Shown here: positions 10,230 through 20,977 of the stretch, one piece after another
How positions within the stretch are numbered: the stretch's first letter is position 1
How the letters are laid out: every line of letters begins with the position of its first letter
Translations under genes and position numbers: made by a program
Origin: Nitrospinales bacterium
GTDB taxonomy: Bacteria; Nitrospinota; Nitrospinia; Nitrospinales; VA-1
Direction of reading: 5' to 3'
Length of the DNA stretch: 64,000 bases
Assembly: GCA_965223345.1 (NCBI GenBank)
Contig: CBDCWG010000012.1
Coordinates: 2,176,001 to 2,240,000 of the forward strand
Notes under the pieces: generated by a model
The model's database searches: none
What the model was told of the DNA's origin: nothing
What the model saw: the letters and a program-made list of their open reading frames with translations, nothing else

Positions 10230-10556
10230 TCACTTGGTAAAGCCGTACACCGTTTCCACTTTGGCGATGCGGACTTCGTAGCGTTCGTAATATTTTTCCT
10301 TTCCCATTTTTTTGGTTTCCACGTGTTCGGCGTTTTTTCTCCAGGCGTCGATGGATTCGAGATCCTTCCAGTAGGAGATGGCGATGCCGAAGCCGGCATT
10401 CTCGGCGGCTTCGACGCCCAGATACCCCGGTATTTTGGACGCGAGTTCCAGCATGCGCATGAGTCTTTCTTCGTAGCCTTCGAGATCGCTGGTGGTTTTG
10501 GCGGTGAAGATGGCGGCGTAGTAGGGCGGCTGGGGTGTTTCGGCGATTCCGGTCAT
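10230..10556 (-). CDS. Antibiotic biosynthesis monooxygenase (ABM) family protein
   Basis: PPYYAAIFT..PGYLGVE..ISYWKDLESIDAWR..EH..Y.VRIAKVE. Confidence 0.85.
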   Translation of the reverse strand: MTGIAETPQPPYYAAIFTAKTTSDLEGYEERLMRMLELASKIPGYLGVEAAENAGFGIAISYWKDLESIDAWRKNAEHVETKKMGKEKYYERYEVRIAKVETVYGFTK

Positions 10557-10669
10557 GACCTTTCCTTTCGAGCGTGACCCCTGACGGGTGCAATGGATTA
10601 AACGGGACCGCTTATTCTAGCAGACGGAGAGAGCGAGGCAAAATCGGAGGGGATGAAAGCAGAAGCAGC

Positions 10670-11020
10670 CTCGCGCAAAGCCGCCAAGCCACTTCCAGTA
10701 TTTTGATAAGCGGGTGTCGAGCTATGCTCGACCAAGGCGCAAAGAAAGGCGGGAGACAGGATAACAGGATGGAATAAGGGAAAAGCAAAAAGACGGATTT
10801 CACCGCAAAGACGCGAAGGACGCAAAGAAAATCCAAAAAGGATCAGTTCAATGATCCCTCTCCCTTGGAGGGAGGTCAAGCGAAGCTTGGCACCCGCTTA
10901 TCAAAATACTGACGGTGGCTTGAGGGTGGGGTGAGGGGGAAGAAAAATCCTTCCTCATGCCTTTAAAGACAGGTTTTCAGGATGGCTAACGAAGTCATCC
11001 TTCGACAGGCTCAGGATGAC
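10670..11020. repeat. Cluster of REP-like short palindromic repeats including two inverted copies of a 48-bp element
   Basis: cgcaaag..cgcaaag units (10672,10803; also 7643), ccctctccc..gagggtggggtga, gtcatccttcgacaggctcaggatgac hairpin (10994-11020), 48-bp copies at 10686-10733 and 10874-10921. Confidence 0.7.
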
Positions 11021-11073
11021 AGAAAAGAGGGGTTCGAGACCTACAAGTGCGAAGTGTAAAGCGTATTGCCGGG

Positions 11074-11400
11074 CTATTTCTTTTTCTTGAATTGGATCAC
11101 CAGCCGCTCGACGATGCGGCCGTTCTGGATGTGCTCGGTGAGGATCTCTTCCATGTCCTCCTTGGTGCGCGGGGCGTACCAGACGCCTTCCGGGTAGACG
11201 ACCAGGGCGGGGCCGTGCTGGCAGGCGTCGAGACAGCCCGCCTTGTTGATGCGGACTTTGCCCTTGAGCCCGGCTGCGTGCACGCGGCTTTTGATGTGGT
11301 CGATGAGTTCCGGAGACCCGGCTTGAGTGCAGGAACCGCGCGGATCGTCCTCGCTGCGTTTGTTGTTGCAGATGAATAGATGCTTCTCAAAGCGGGACAT
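11074..11400 (-). CDS. Thioredoxin-like [2Fe-2S] ferredoxin
   Basis: HLFICNNKR..RGSC..RINKAGCLDACQHGPALVVYPEGVWY. Confidence 0.92.
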   Translation of the reverse strand: MSRFEKHLFICNNKRSEDDPRGSCTQAGSPELIDHIKSRVHAAGLKGKVRINKAGCLDACQHGPALVVYPEGVWYAPRTKEDMEEILTEHIQNGRIVERLVIQFKKKK

Positions 11401-11436
11401 GCTGGCAGGCGACAGGGATTGCCCTGAACGTAAGAA

Positions 11437-12456
11437 TTATTTTTTTTCGCCGGGTTTGGCGATTCTCTGAGGGTGCGACTGAAAGTATTCCTTGAACTTG
11501 CCGAAGTTGATGTAGCAGCGTTCGCAACTGTCGGGAAACACGGTGACGATCACGCCTTTTTCGATGCGTTTGGCTAGCTCCAGTGCGCCGAAGGTCGCGG
11601 CGGCGGCGGAATGGCCGACGAGGATGCCTTCCTCCTTTTCCAGGCTTTCCACCATGTTGTAGGCGTCTTCGGTGCTCACGCTGATCTTGCCGTCGAGTTC
11701 CTCTTCCTTGTAGATGCCGGGCACGATGGAGGACGCCATGTGCTTGAGGCCTTCCAGGCCGTGCAGCTCTTCCGCCGGTTCGACGGCCAGACACTGGATG
11801 TCGGGATTGAGTTCGTGCAGCCGGCGCGTGTTGCCCATGATGGTGCCGCCGGTGCCGATGCCGGCGAGGAAATGCGTGATGCGTCCCTGGGTCTGCTCCC
11901 AGATTTCCATGGCCGTGGTCTCGTAATGCGCTTTCCAGTTGGAGTCGTTGTTGTACTGATCGGGCATGAAGTACAGATCCGGATTTTCCTCGTAGATCTT
12001 CTTGGCGAGCACGATGGCCCCGTCCGAACCCTCGAAGGGGCTGGAGGTGACGATCTCTGCGCCGTAAAAATCCGCCATCAGCCCCTTGCGCTCCTTGCAG
12101 ACGTTGGCGGGCATCACCAGCTTGACCTTGTAGCCCTTCACCTTGCCGATGAGCGCGTAGGCGATGCCGGTGTTGCCGGAGGTGGAGTCGAGGATGATCT
12201 TGTCCTTGGTCAGCGCGCCGGATTTCTCCCCGTCCTCGATCATTTTGAGGGCGGGGCGCGATTTGACGGATCCGCCCGCGTTGCGCCACTCGGCCTTGGC
12301 GTAGATCTCCACGTTCGGACAGTCTTTCCCCAGGTGATTGAGCCGGATCAGCGGCGTGTTGCCGATGGACTCGAGCACCGAGGGATCGGTGATCACCGGA
12401 CAGGCCGGGGCTTGGACTTCAGAAGGAATCGGTAAATTCATTTTCAGCTTCGACAT
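11437..12456 (-). CDS. cysM: PLP-dependent cysteine synthase family protein (CysM-like)
   Basis: IGNTPL, NAGGSVKSR, STSGNTG, GIGTGGT; context with sulfur carrier. Confidence 0.8.
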   Translation of the reverse strand: MSKLKMNLPIPSEVQAPACPVITDPSVLESIGNTPLIRLNHLGKDCPNVEIYAKAEWRNAGGSVKSRPALKMIEDGEKSGALTKDKIILDSTSGNTGIAYALIGKVKGYKVKLVMPANVCKERKGLMADFYGAEIVTSSPFEGSDGAIVLAKKIYEENPDLYFMPDQYNNDSNWKAHYETTAMEIWEQTQGRITHFLAGIGTGGTIMGNTRRLHELNPDIQCLAVEPAEELHGLEGLKHMASSIVPGIYKEEELDGKISVSTEDAYNMVESLEKEEGILVGHSAAAATFGALELAKRIEKGVIVTVFPDSCERCYINFGKFKEYFQSHPQRIAKPGEKK

Positions 12457-12546
12457 TACTGGTTAGATGGAGTTTATCTTCAGAAGATTCCTGGGGCTGG
12501 CAAAAAGCAGGGTTGTTTCTGAAAATACGTCCACGGTCGTTTGAAT

Positions 12547-13353
12547 TCAGCGCGACATTCCGCAAAACTCCTCATAATCAATCAATTCGGTGATGGTGGG
12601 GTTCTCACTGCACACAGGGCAGTGGACATCCCGCTTGAGTTTGAGTTTGCGAAACTCCGTATTCAGCGCATCGTAGATCAAAAGCGATCCGATCAGGGAA
12701 CTGCCGGTGCCGAGGATCAGCTTGACCGTCTCGACGACCTGGAAATTGCCAATCACCCCGGCCAGCACGCCCAGCACGCCGCCTTCCTGGCAGTTGGGCA
12801 CCAGCCCCGGCGGCGGCGGTTCGGGGTACAGGCAGCGGTAGCAGGGACCCTCTTTGGGTTTGAACACGGTGGCCTGGCCTTCGAAACGGAAAATGCTGCC
12901 GTGGATGTTGGTCTTGCCCATCATGACGCAGGCGTCGTTGATCAGGTAGCGGGTGGCGAAGTTGTCGGTGCCGTCCAGGATGTAGTCGTAGTTTTCGAAC
13001 AGCCCCTTGATGTTCTGGGAACTCAGCCGCTCGTTGAACAGCGTCACCTTGACGTCGGGGTTGAGGGCCTGGATGGTCTTTTTCGCCGACTCGGTCTTGA
13101 GCATGCCGATGCGCTCGGTCGAGTGGATGATCTGTCTTTGTAAATTTGACAGGTCCACGGTGTCGAAATCGACGATGCCCAGGTTGCCGACGCCCGCTGC
13201 GGCCAAGTAGTAGGCGGCCGGCGATCCGAGCCCGCCCGCGCCGATCAGGAGCACTTTGGCGTCCAGCAGCTTTTTCTGCCCCACGCCGCCCACCTCGGGC
13301 AGCATGATGTGACGGCTGTAGCGCTCGATCTGCTCGTCGGTGAAATCGGTCAT
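12547..13353 (-). CDS. moeB: MoeB/ThiF family adenylyltransferase (no rhodanese domain)
   Basis: ERYSRH, GAGGLGSP, SNLQRQ, DGTDNF, CYRC, CPVC. Confidence 0.92.
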   Translation of the reverse strand: MTDFTDEQIERYSRHIMLPEVGGVGQKKLLDAKVLLIGAGGLGSPAAYYLAAAGVGNLGIVDFDTVDLSNLQRQIIHSTERIGMLKTESAKKTIQALNPDVKVTLFNERLSSQNIKGLFENYDYILDGTDNFATRYLINDACVMMGKTNIHGSIFRFEGQATVFKPKEGPCYRCLYPEPPPPGLVPNCQEGGVLGVLAGVIGNFQVVETVKLILGTGSSLIGSLLIYDALNTEFRKLKLKRDVHCPVCSENPTITELIDYEEFCGMSR

Positions 13354-13634
13354 GCGGCGGCCCCGCCGGCGATGGCCGGAATGATGGAGATTTCGTCGCC
13401 TTCCTTGACGGCGGTTTTCTCTCCTTCGAGGAAGCGGATGTCTTCTTCGTTCACATATATATTGATGAAACGGCGCGGGGTGCCGTTTTCTTCACAGATG
13501 CGTTCCTTGATTCCGTTGAACTGGGTTTCCAGACTGTTGAAAATGTCCGAAATGGTCGCCCCTTCCGCCGTGACCTCACTCTGGTTGTTCGTCAGCTTCA
13601 TGAGAGGGGTCGGAATCCTGACTTTCACTGCCAT
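13350..13634 (-). CDS. MoaD/ThiS/CysO-type ubiquitin-like sulfur carrier
   Basis: VRIPTPL..RRFINIYVNEEDIRFL..GDEISIIPAIAGG-AAA. Confidence 0.9.
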   Translation of the reverse strand: MAVKVRIPTPLMKLTNNQSEVTAEGATISDIFNSLETQFNGIKERICEENGTPRRFINIYVNEEDIRFLEGEKTAVKEGDEISIIPAIAGGAAA

Positions 13635-13644
13635 GACACACTCC

Positions 13645-14883
<1,239 letters not shown>

Positions 14884-14968
14884 CGGTACTCCTCAATAAC
14901 GTGAATTCAAAGGGCTGAGCCGCCTGATTGTTTTTCTCTGTTGTCCGGCGCGGCTTTTGATTCGCCTC

Positions 14969-15925
<957 letters not shown>

Positions 15926-16139
15926 GGCGTTCGTTTCCGCGCTGGATCGAAAGGATCAATTTTAAGGGATCTTGCGGGCCCCGTCAACCGGGCGGGACCC
16001 TTCATTGAGGTCCAAGGGGCATTGATTTCAATGCATTCGGGAGGGATGGCCTCCTGACGGCCTGAGAAGGAGCGCATTGTCCCGCACCTGGCCGCGATTT
16101 GTGCTGAAAGGGTTGATTTTAATGCCGAATTTCCCGGAC

Positions 16140-16168
16140 AGTATGCGGTAGATTCGCAGCGAATTCAA
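16140..16168 (-). promoter_or_regulatory. Putative sigma70 promoter of the cysK operon
   Basis: Minus strand TTGAAT-17bp-CATACT, ~210 nt upstream of cysK. Confidence 0.5.
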
Positions 16169-16318
16169 CCGCAATTCAGCCCTTCGGACCGGCGATCTTG
16201 GGGGAGGGCAGACGGCCTTTGCGTGCGTCGCTCGTCTGTCCTGCTGAGAGACAGCTCAGGGCAGGCACTGTCGAAGCCTCTTTCAGGGCCGTACTGTCCC
16301 GAAAAAAATGAAACCCAA

Positions 16319-17749
16319 TCAGGCAAACCGCTCCTTTGTCTTGAGTCTGTCGGACGATTTCACCAGGACAAAAATTCCATACGCTGCAAGAGTGGAAAGG
16401 AAGGGGTGTGTTCCGAATGTGTAGTGGGAATGGCCCACGAAAACTGAAAATGGAAAGTAAGGGACTGCGTACAAGAAAATGGCGCCCAAAGGGTAGACCA
16501 GGCTTGATTTATCCGGATGATCCTTTTTCCAGGCCTGGACCAGGCCGATGAGCGTGAAACTCCATAGAGAAAAATAAAACAGAGAAATGAATAACGTATC
16601 GATCCTGGAGCCCAGGAATACCCGGTTTAAAAAAGATTCATCGCTCAAGGGGTGGGATTCGGGCAAAAAAACAGAGTGCATTACGGGGAAATAAAACGTC
16701 GCTGCATTGAGAAGGAATTTTTTGGCAAACAGGAAGGGGTGGTCCTTGACATGCTGGATGAATTTTTTGTTCAGCATTGCATCCATTTTGGGATCCTTGA
16801 ATCCCCAGATGTGAACCACTTCTTCGTGGGGGCGGTCGATTTCGGCGTAGCGCAGAATCTGGTCGAAAATATGCTCTTTTAATTTTTCTTCCCGGGTAAG
16901 TTTGTTTTTTATGGCTTCATCTCCGATGCCCCAGTGAGAATTGCCAGCGAAGTAAACCCATCCCGCGCTTCCGGTTACCGGCACGAAACTGCCCGTTCCC
17001 TCATAAACCACCCTATTTCGCTGGACCCACGGCGCCATGATCAATACCGTGAGAATCGTTGCTACCAGCCCCTTTTGCAGCCAGTCCTTCCTTTTTCGCA
17101 GGAGGCCCGTAAAGATCAATACCACGAAAACTCCGAACACAATGGGAAGCATGGTGCCATGACTCAAGATCAGGATCCCTCCTGTGATTCCGAGCGAAAT
17201 TCCACCTTTTCGTCGTTGTTTCTGGGGCAATTCCCGCTTCTGTAAAAAAATATGGAGGATGAGGTGATTGAATAAGGTGTACAGAAACAACTGAAAAATG
17301 ACGTAGATGGGATTTTTCAGAGTCCACAGGATCCAGGGATTCAGGATGAAGATCAATACGGCGGTTTTGGCAATGGCATCGCCGAAAAACCGTTGGGCCA
17401 TTTGAAAGAGCAAGAATGCGGTTCCAGCGAGGAGGAAGGCATTCATGACGATGACACCCAGCTGCTGCAGGGATTCGGGAAGCAGGGCCACGGGGATCAG
17501 GGCGAAGGCGTAGGCGGGGGGGCGGTGAATCACCGGCGGTCCACCGGGTTCAAAAACAAATCCATTTCCCTTAAGCAGGTTGCGGGCAAGCTCGATATAA
17601 CCATCGTGCCATTCCCCACCGAAACTTTTAGACAAACCAAAATAGGGGCCAATCAGGTAGCAGATTGAAACACTCGTTACCAACGCGAAGAGAAAGGTGA
17701 GCCAAAAAATCAATTTCGCTTCGTTGTGTTTATGGAGCCCGTTCATCAT
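16319..17749 (-). CDS. Polytopic membrane glycosyltransferase, GT-C (ArnT/PMT-like)
   Basis: DGYIELARNLLKGNGF, HRPPAY, PWVQRN, many TM helices; lower GC than flanks. Confidence 0.7.
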   Translation of the reverse strand: MMNGLHKHNEAKLIFWLTFLFALVTSVSICYLIGPYFGLSKSFGGEWHDGYIELARNLLKGNGFVFEPGGPPVIHRPPAYAFALIPVALLPESLQQLGVIVMNAFLLAGTAFLLFQMAQRFFGDAIAKTAVLIFILNPWILWTLKNPIYVIFQLFLYTLFNHLILHIFLQKRELPQKQRRKGGISLGITGGILILSHGTMLPIVFGVFVVLIFTGLLRKRKDWLQKGLVATILTVLIMAPWVQRNRVVYEGTGSFVPVTGSAGWVYFAGNSHWGIGDEAIKNKLTREEKLKEHIFDQILRYAEIDRPHEEVVHIWGFKDPKMDAMLNKKFIQHVKDHPFLFAKKFLLNAATFYFPVMHSVFLPESHPLSDESFLNRVFLGSRIDTLFISLFYFSLWSFTLIGLVQAWKKDHPDKSSLVYPLGAIFLYAVPYFPFSVFVGHSHYTFGTHPFLSTLAAYGIFVLVKSSDRLKTKERFA

Positions 17750-17870
17750 GATGGATTTGGGTCGATCCCTTTCCGCTTTAAATGCAGCGATTCAGGCAAT
17801 CCGTGATTCTGATGGGGCCTGACTTGTTTCGCGTCATCACCACGGATTGCCCGCCCCCGCAGACTCACCC

Positions 17871-20405
17871 TCAGCCCTGCGGGGTGAGCCGTTTCAGGTT
17901 GCCCAGCCGGCGGCGGAACTGCTGGGTCACGAACTCGGAATCCTCGGCGTTGGAGATGATGTGCGGGGTGATGAAGATCATCAGCTCGGTTTTGCTGGTG
18001 GAGTCGGTGTCGGTGCTGAACAGTTTTCCCAGCCAGGGGATTTTGCGCAGCACGGGAATGCCTTCGTTGGAATCGATGACGTCGGTGCGCATCAGGCCGC
18101 CCATCACCAGCACCTGGTTGTCCTTGAGCACGACTTCGGTGTTGAGCAGCCGGGTGCTGAACGATGGGGTGGAGCCGACGAAGGGGCCCTGGCTGGAGAT
18201 CTCCTGACTGATTTTCAGGTTGACGAAATTGTCCGAGTTGATCTTGGGCACGATGTCGAGCTTGATGCCGACGCTGCGGTACTCGATGGTGGTCTGGGTC
18301 AGGGGCTGGCCCGCCGTCGGCGTGGTGATGGTCGAGCTTTCGATCGGGATCTCGTCGGCGATGGAGATGTTGGCGGGCTTGTTGTCGGAGGTCACCAGGA
18401 TGGGGTTGGCGAGCACGTTGGCCTTCGAGTCGGTGGCGAAGGCCTGCAGGAGAGCGACGAGCTTGTTGGGGTCGCTGGCGAGAAAACTGCCGCCGGGTTG
18501 CAAGAGAGACGCGGTGGCGTTGCCGATCTGCGATCCCAGCGTCGCGCCGCCGCTGCCCGGGGTCTTGCTCACGCCGCCGACGAAGGTGGTGCCGCCGGTC
18601 GTTCCTCTCAGCGCCCATTCCAGGCCGGCCCGGGTTTCCGCATCCAGGGTCAGGTCGATGATGAGCACTTCGATCAGCACCTGCTGCGGAAACAGGTCGA
18701 GTTTTTCGATCAGTTCCAGCAGCGCCGGGTAATTCCTGGGGCTGGTGCGGATGATCAGCGAATTGGTGTCCGGATCGGGGAGGATGGTGATCTCGCCGTC
18801 GAACGCTTCGCCGAGCGGTTGCGGCGATTTTGCAAGCGTAGACTTGGCGTCTTTTTGGGCCGGTTTTTTTGCGTTTTTATCCGCAGGTTTTTTGTCCTTT
18901 TCGTAGCGCGCCGAGGTTTTCTTGACGTCGCCGAGTTTTTTGGGTTTTGCCGCATCGTTGCCGCGCGCCTGGAACATGGCGGTGAGCAGATCGGCGAGCT
19001 GGATGGCGTCGGCGTTTTGCACGTAGTAGACGAACGTGCTGATCTCGCCTTCGGACACGGGCTGGTCGAGTTTTTTGATCCAGAATTCGATGGTGGGCAG
19101 GATCTTTTCGAAGGCGTTGACCACCAGGATGGAATTCAACCGTTCCAGCGGCAGGAAATTGAGCGCGTTGCCGAGGGCGTCGTTGTAGCCCATCGAGGCG
19201 AAGATCTCCAGCAGCTCCTCCACCACGATCAGTGAATCGGCGTGTTTGAGTTTGAAAAGCTGCACGTCCGAGGAGGCGAGCTTGTCGATGTCGAGGGCTT
19301 CGACGATTTTGAGGATGCGTTTGACGTTGGCGGCCATCTCGATGAGCATGAGGTTCTTGGTTTCCGGCACATCGAGGAAGGTGGCGTTGGGCGTCATCAA
19401 CGGTTGCAGGATTTTCTTCATCGACTCGACGGAGATGTGCTTGAGCGGGATGATCTGGATGATCATCCGGTCCCGCTCAGGAATGAAGGGGTCGTTGCTG
19501 TAATGGATGCTGATGGGTTTGAGCGGTGCGTCTTTCACGGGAAGGAAGCGGTAGAAGCTGCCGCTTTTCACGACGGTGATGTTGTGCAGCGCCAGGATCT
19601 GTTCGAGCAGCACGTACAGGTCGCGCACCGGGATCTTGTTGAAGGTCTGCAGCGTCACCTTGCCCTTGATGTTGCCTTCGACGAGGTAGTCGATTTCCAA
19701 AAGTTCGCAGAAGGTGGTGATGACGTCGTACACTTCGGTGCCTTCGAAATTCAGGGTGATGTGCTTGGCTTTGCGCAGTCCCGCCGGCAGGGGCGGGGTG
19801 GGATCGAACACCGAGCGGATGTGCGAGCGGTTTTCCCGTTCGTGAACGACTTCCTTTTCAACCTGGAACGGGATGGACTCCTGACGCGAATCGGGCGGTT
19901 CGCTGCCGTCGGTGATGGTGGAAACCAGCTCGGAGACGAAAAACCGTTTGCCTTCGTCGTTGTTCACCAGGTACCAGGCGCGTTTGTCCTTGGGGTTGCG
20001 CTGCACGCTCAGCAGTTCGAACAAGTCGCCGCGTGCGGCGAGGTGCACTTTGCGGTACTGCGGGCCGGGTCCCTGGCGCAGCGGCACGTTGTTGCCGGAG
20101 ATTTTGACGTAGCGGGTGGCGGGAGCGTCGGGCAGGCGCTGCAATTTGTTTTTGTCGATCACCTCGGGCTCGGGGCGGCTCGCCGTCTGCGGCTTGCGAT
20201 TGTTCTGCTTGCCTTCCGCGCGGATTTCGATGGTCGGGCCGTAGCTGATGTTGCGCTGCGCTTCCGTTTCCCGTTCCGGCAACTTCATCGCGTCGATGGG
20301 ATCCACCTGCGCCTTGAGTTTTTGCACGGCGGATTTTCCCTTCCCCGCACACGCGGACGCGAACAGCAGGCATACGATCAGAATCAGCGAAAGTTTGGTT
20401 TTCAT
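17871..20405 (-). CDS. gspD: Type II secretion secretin, lipoprotein with N-terminal SH3b-like domain
   Basis: Lipobox FASAC; ITLNFEG (N0), N1-N3, PQQVLIEVLI, GIPVLRKIPWLGKLF, KTELMIFITPHII. Confidence 0.93.
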   Translation of the reverse strand: MKTKLSLILIVCLLFASACAGKGKSAVQKLKAQVDPIDAMKLPERETEAQRNISYGPTIEIRAEGKQNNRKPQTASRPEPEVIDKNKLQRLPDAPATRYVKISGNNVPLRQGPGPQYRKVHLAARGDLFELLSVQRNPKDKRAWYLVNNDEGKRFFVSELVSTITDGSEPPDSRQESIPFQVEKEVVHERENRSHIRSVFDPTPPLPAGLRKAKHITLNFEGTEVYDVITTFCELLEIDYLVEGNIKGKVTLQTFNKIPVRDLYVLLEQILALHNITVVKSGSFYRFLPVKDAPLKPISIHYSNDPFIPERDRMIIQIIPLKHISVESMKKILQPLMTPNATFLDVPETKNLMLIEMAANVKRILKIVEALDIDKLASSDVQLFKLKHADSLIVVEELLEIFASMGYNDALGNALNFLPLERLNSILVVNAFEKILPTIEFWIKKLDQPVSEGEISTFVYYVQNADAIQLADLLTAMFQARGNDAAKPKKLGDVKKTSARYEKDKKPADKNAKKPAQKDAKSTLAKSPQPLGEAFDGEITILPDPDTNSLIIRTSPRNYPALLELIEKLDLFPQQVLIEVLIIDLTLDAETRAGLEWALRGTTGGTTFVGGVSKTPGSGGATLGSQIGNATASLLQPGGSFLASDPNKLVALLQAFATDSKANVLANPILVTSDNKPANISIADEIPIESSTITTPTAGQPLTQTTIEYRSVGIKLDIVPKINSDNFVNLKISQEISSQGPFVGSTPSFSTRLLNTEVVLKDNQVLVMGGLMRTDVIDSNEGIPVLRKIPWLGKLFSTDTDSTSKTELMIFITPHIISNAEDSEFVTQQFRRRLGNLKRLTPQG

Positions 20406-20977
20406 GTCTTTTGAGTTCCCTGCGGTTCCCGGATGAATCCCTGCACCCGCAAACGGGTTTCCAGGTTTTCCGGTTCGTTTTTATTGGTCCTGCGCGTGAA
20501 CAGGTTTTCCACCACCAGTATTTTTTCGTGCGTTTCGATTTGATAAAGAAAACGCGAGAGCTTTTTGAGCGAGGAACGCAGCGTCATCTCGATCGGGATG
20601 GCCGTCATCGCCTCCATCGGCTGCGGCGATTCCACCCGCACCCGCTCGATGGCCACGCCCGACTGGCGGGCGAACTGTTCGAGAATTTTCTGCAGCTTCG
20701 CCGTGGCCAGGCCCGGTTTGTTCTCGCTCAGAAACCGCCGCGCGATCTGGGTGCGGGTCGCTTCGATGGCTTTGGCCTTGGCCTCGTAATAGGGTTTGCG
20801 GTCCAGCACCTGCTGGTATTTTTGAATGAAGCGGATCTTGTCCTCAATCTTCTGCTCGATGTTGCTCTGCTGCGCGGTGAGGGGCTGGATCACCCACGTG
20901 ATCAGGGCGTAAACCGCGAGGGCCGCGCCTCCCGCTGCCAGAAATTTTTTGTCCCGTTCGGTGACGTTGAGGTTCAT
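20402..20977 (-). CDS. gspM: T2SS protein M
   Basis: TERDKKFL+TM, coiled coil, LSRFLYQIE; position between L and D. Confidence 0.75.
   Translation of the reverse strand: MNLNVTERDKKFLAAGGAALAVYALITWVIQPLTAQQSNIEQKIEDKIRFIQKYQQVLDRKPYYEAKAKAIEATRTQIARRFLSENKPGLATAKLQKILEQFARQSGVAIERVRVESPQPMEAMTAIPIEMTLRSSLKKLSRFLYQIETHEKILVVENLFTRRTNKNEPENLETRLRVQGFIREPQGTQKT

Noticed and set aside
15926..16139. SAM/SAH riboswitch or 6S RNA in cysK leader
   Set aside because: Only scattered partial resemblance; core consensus not found by eye
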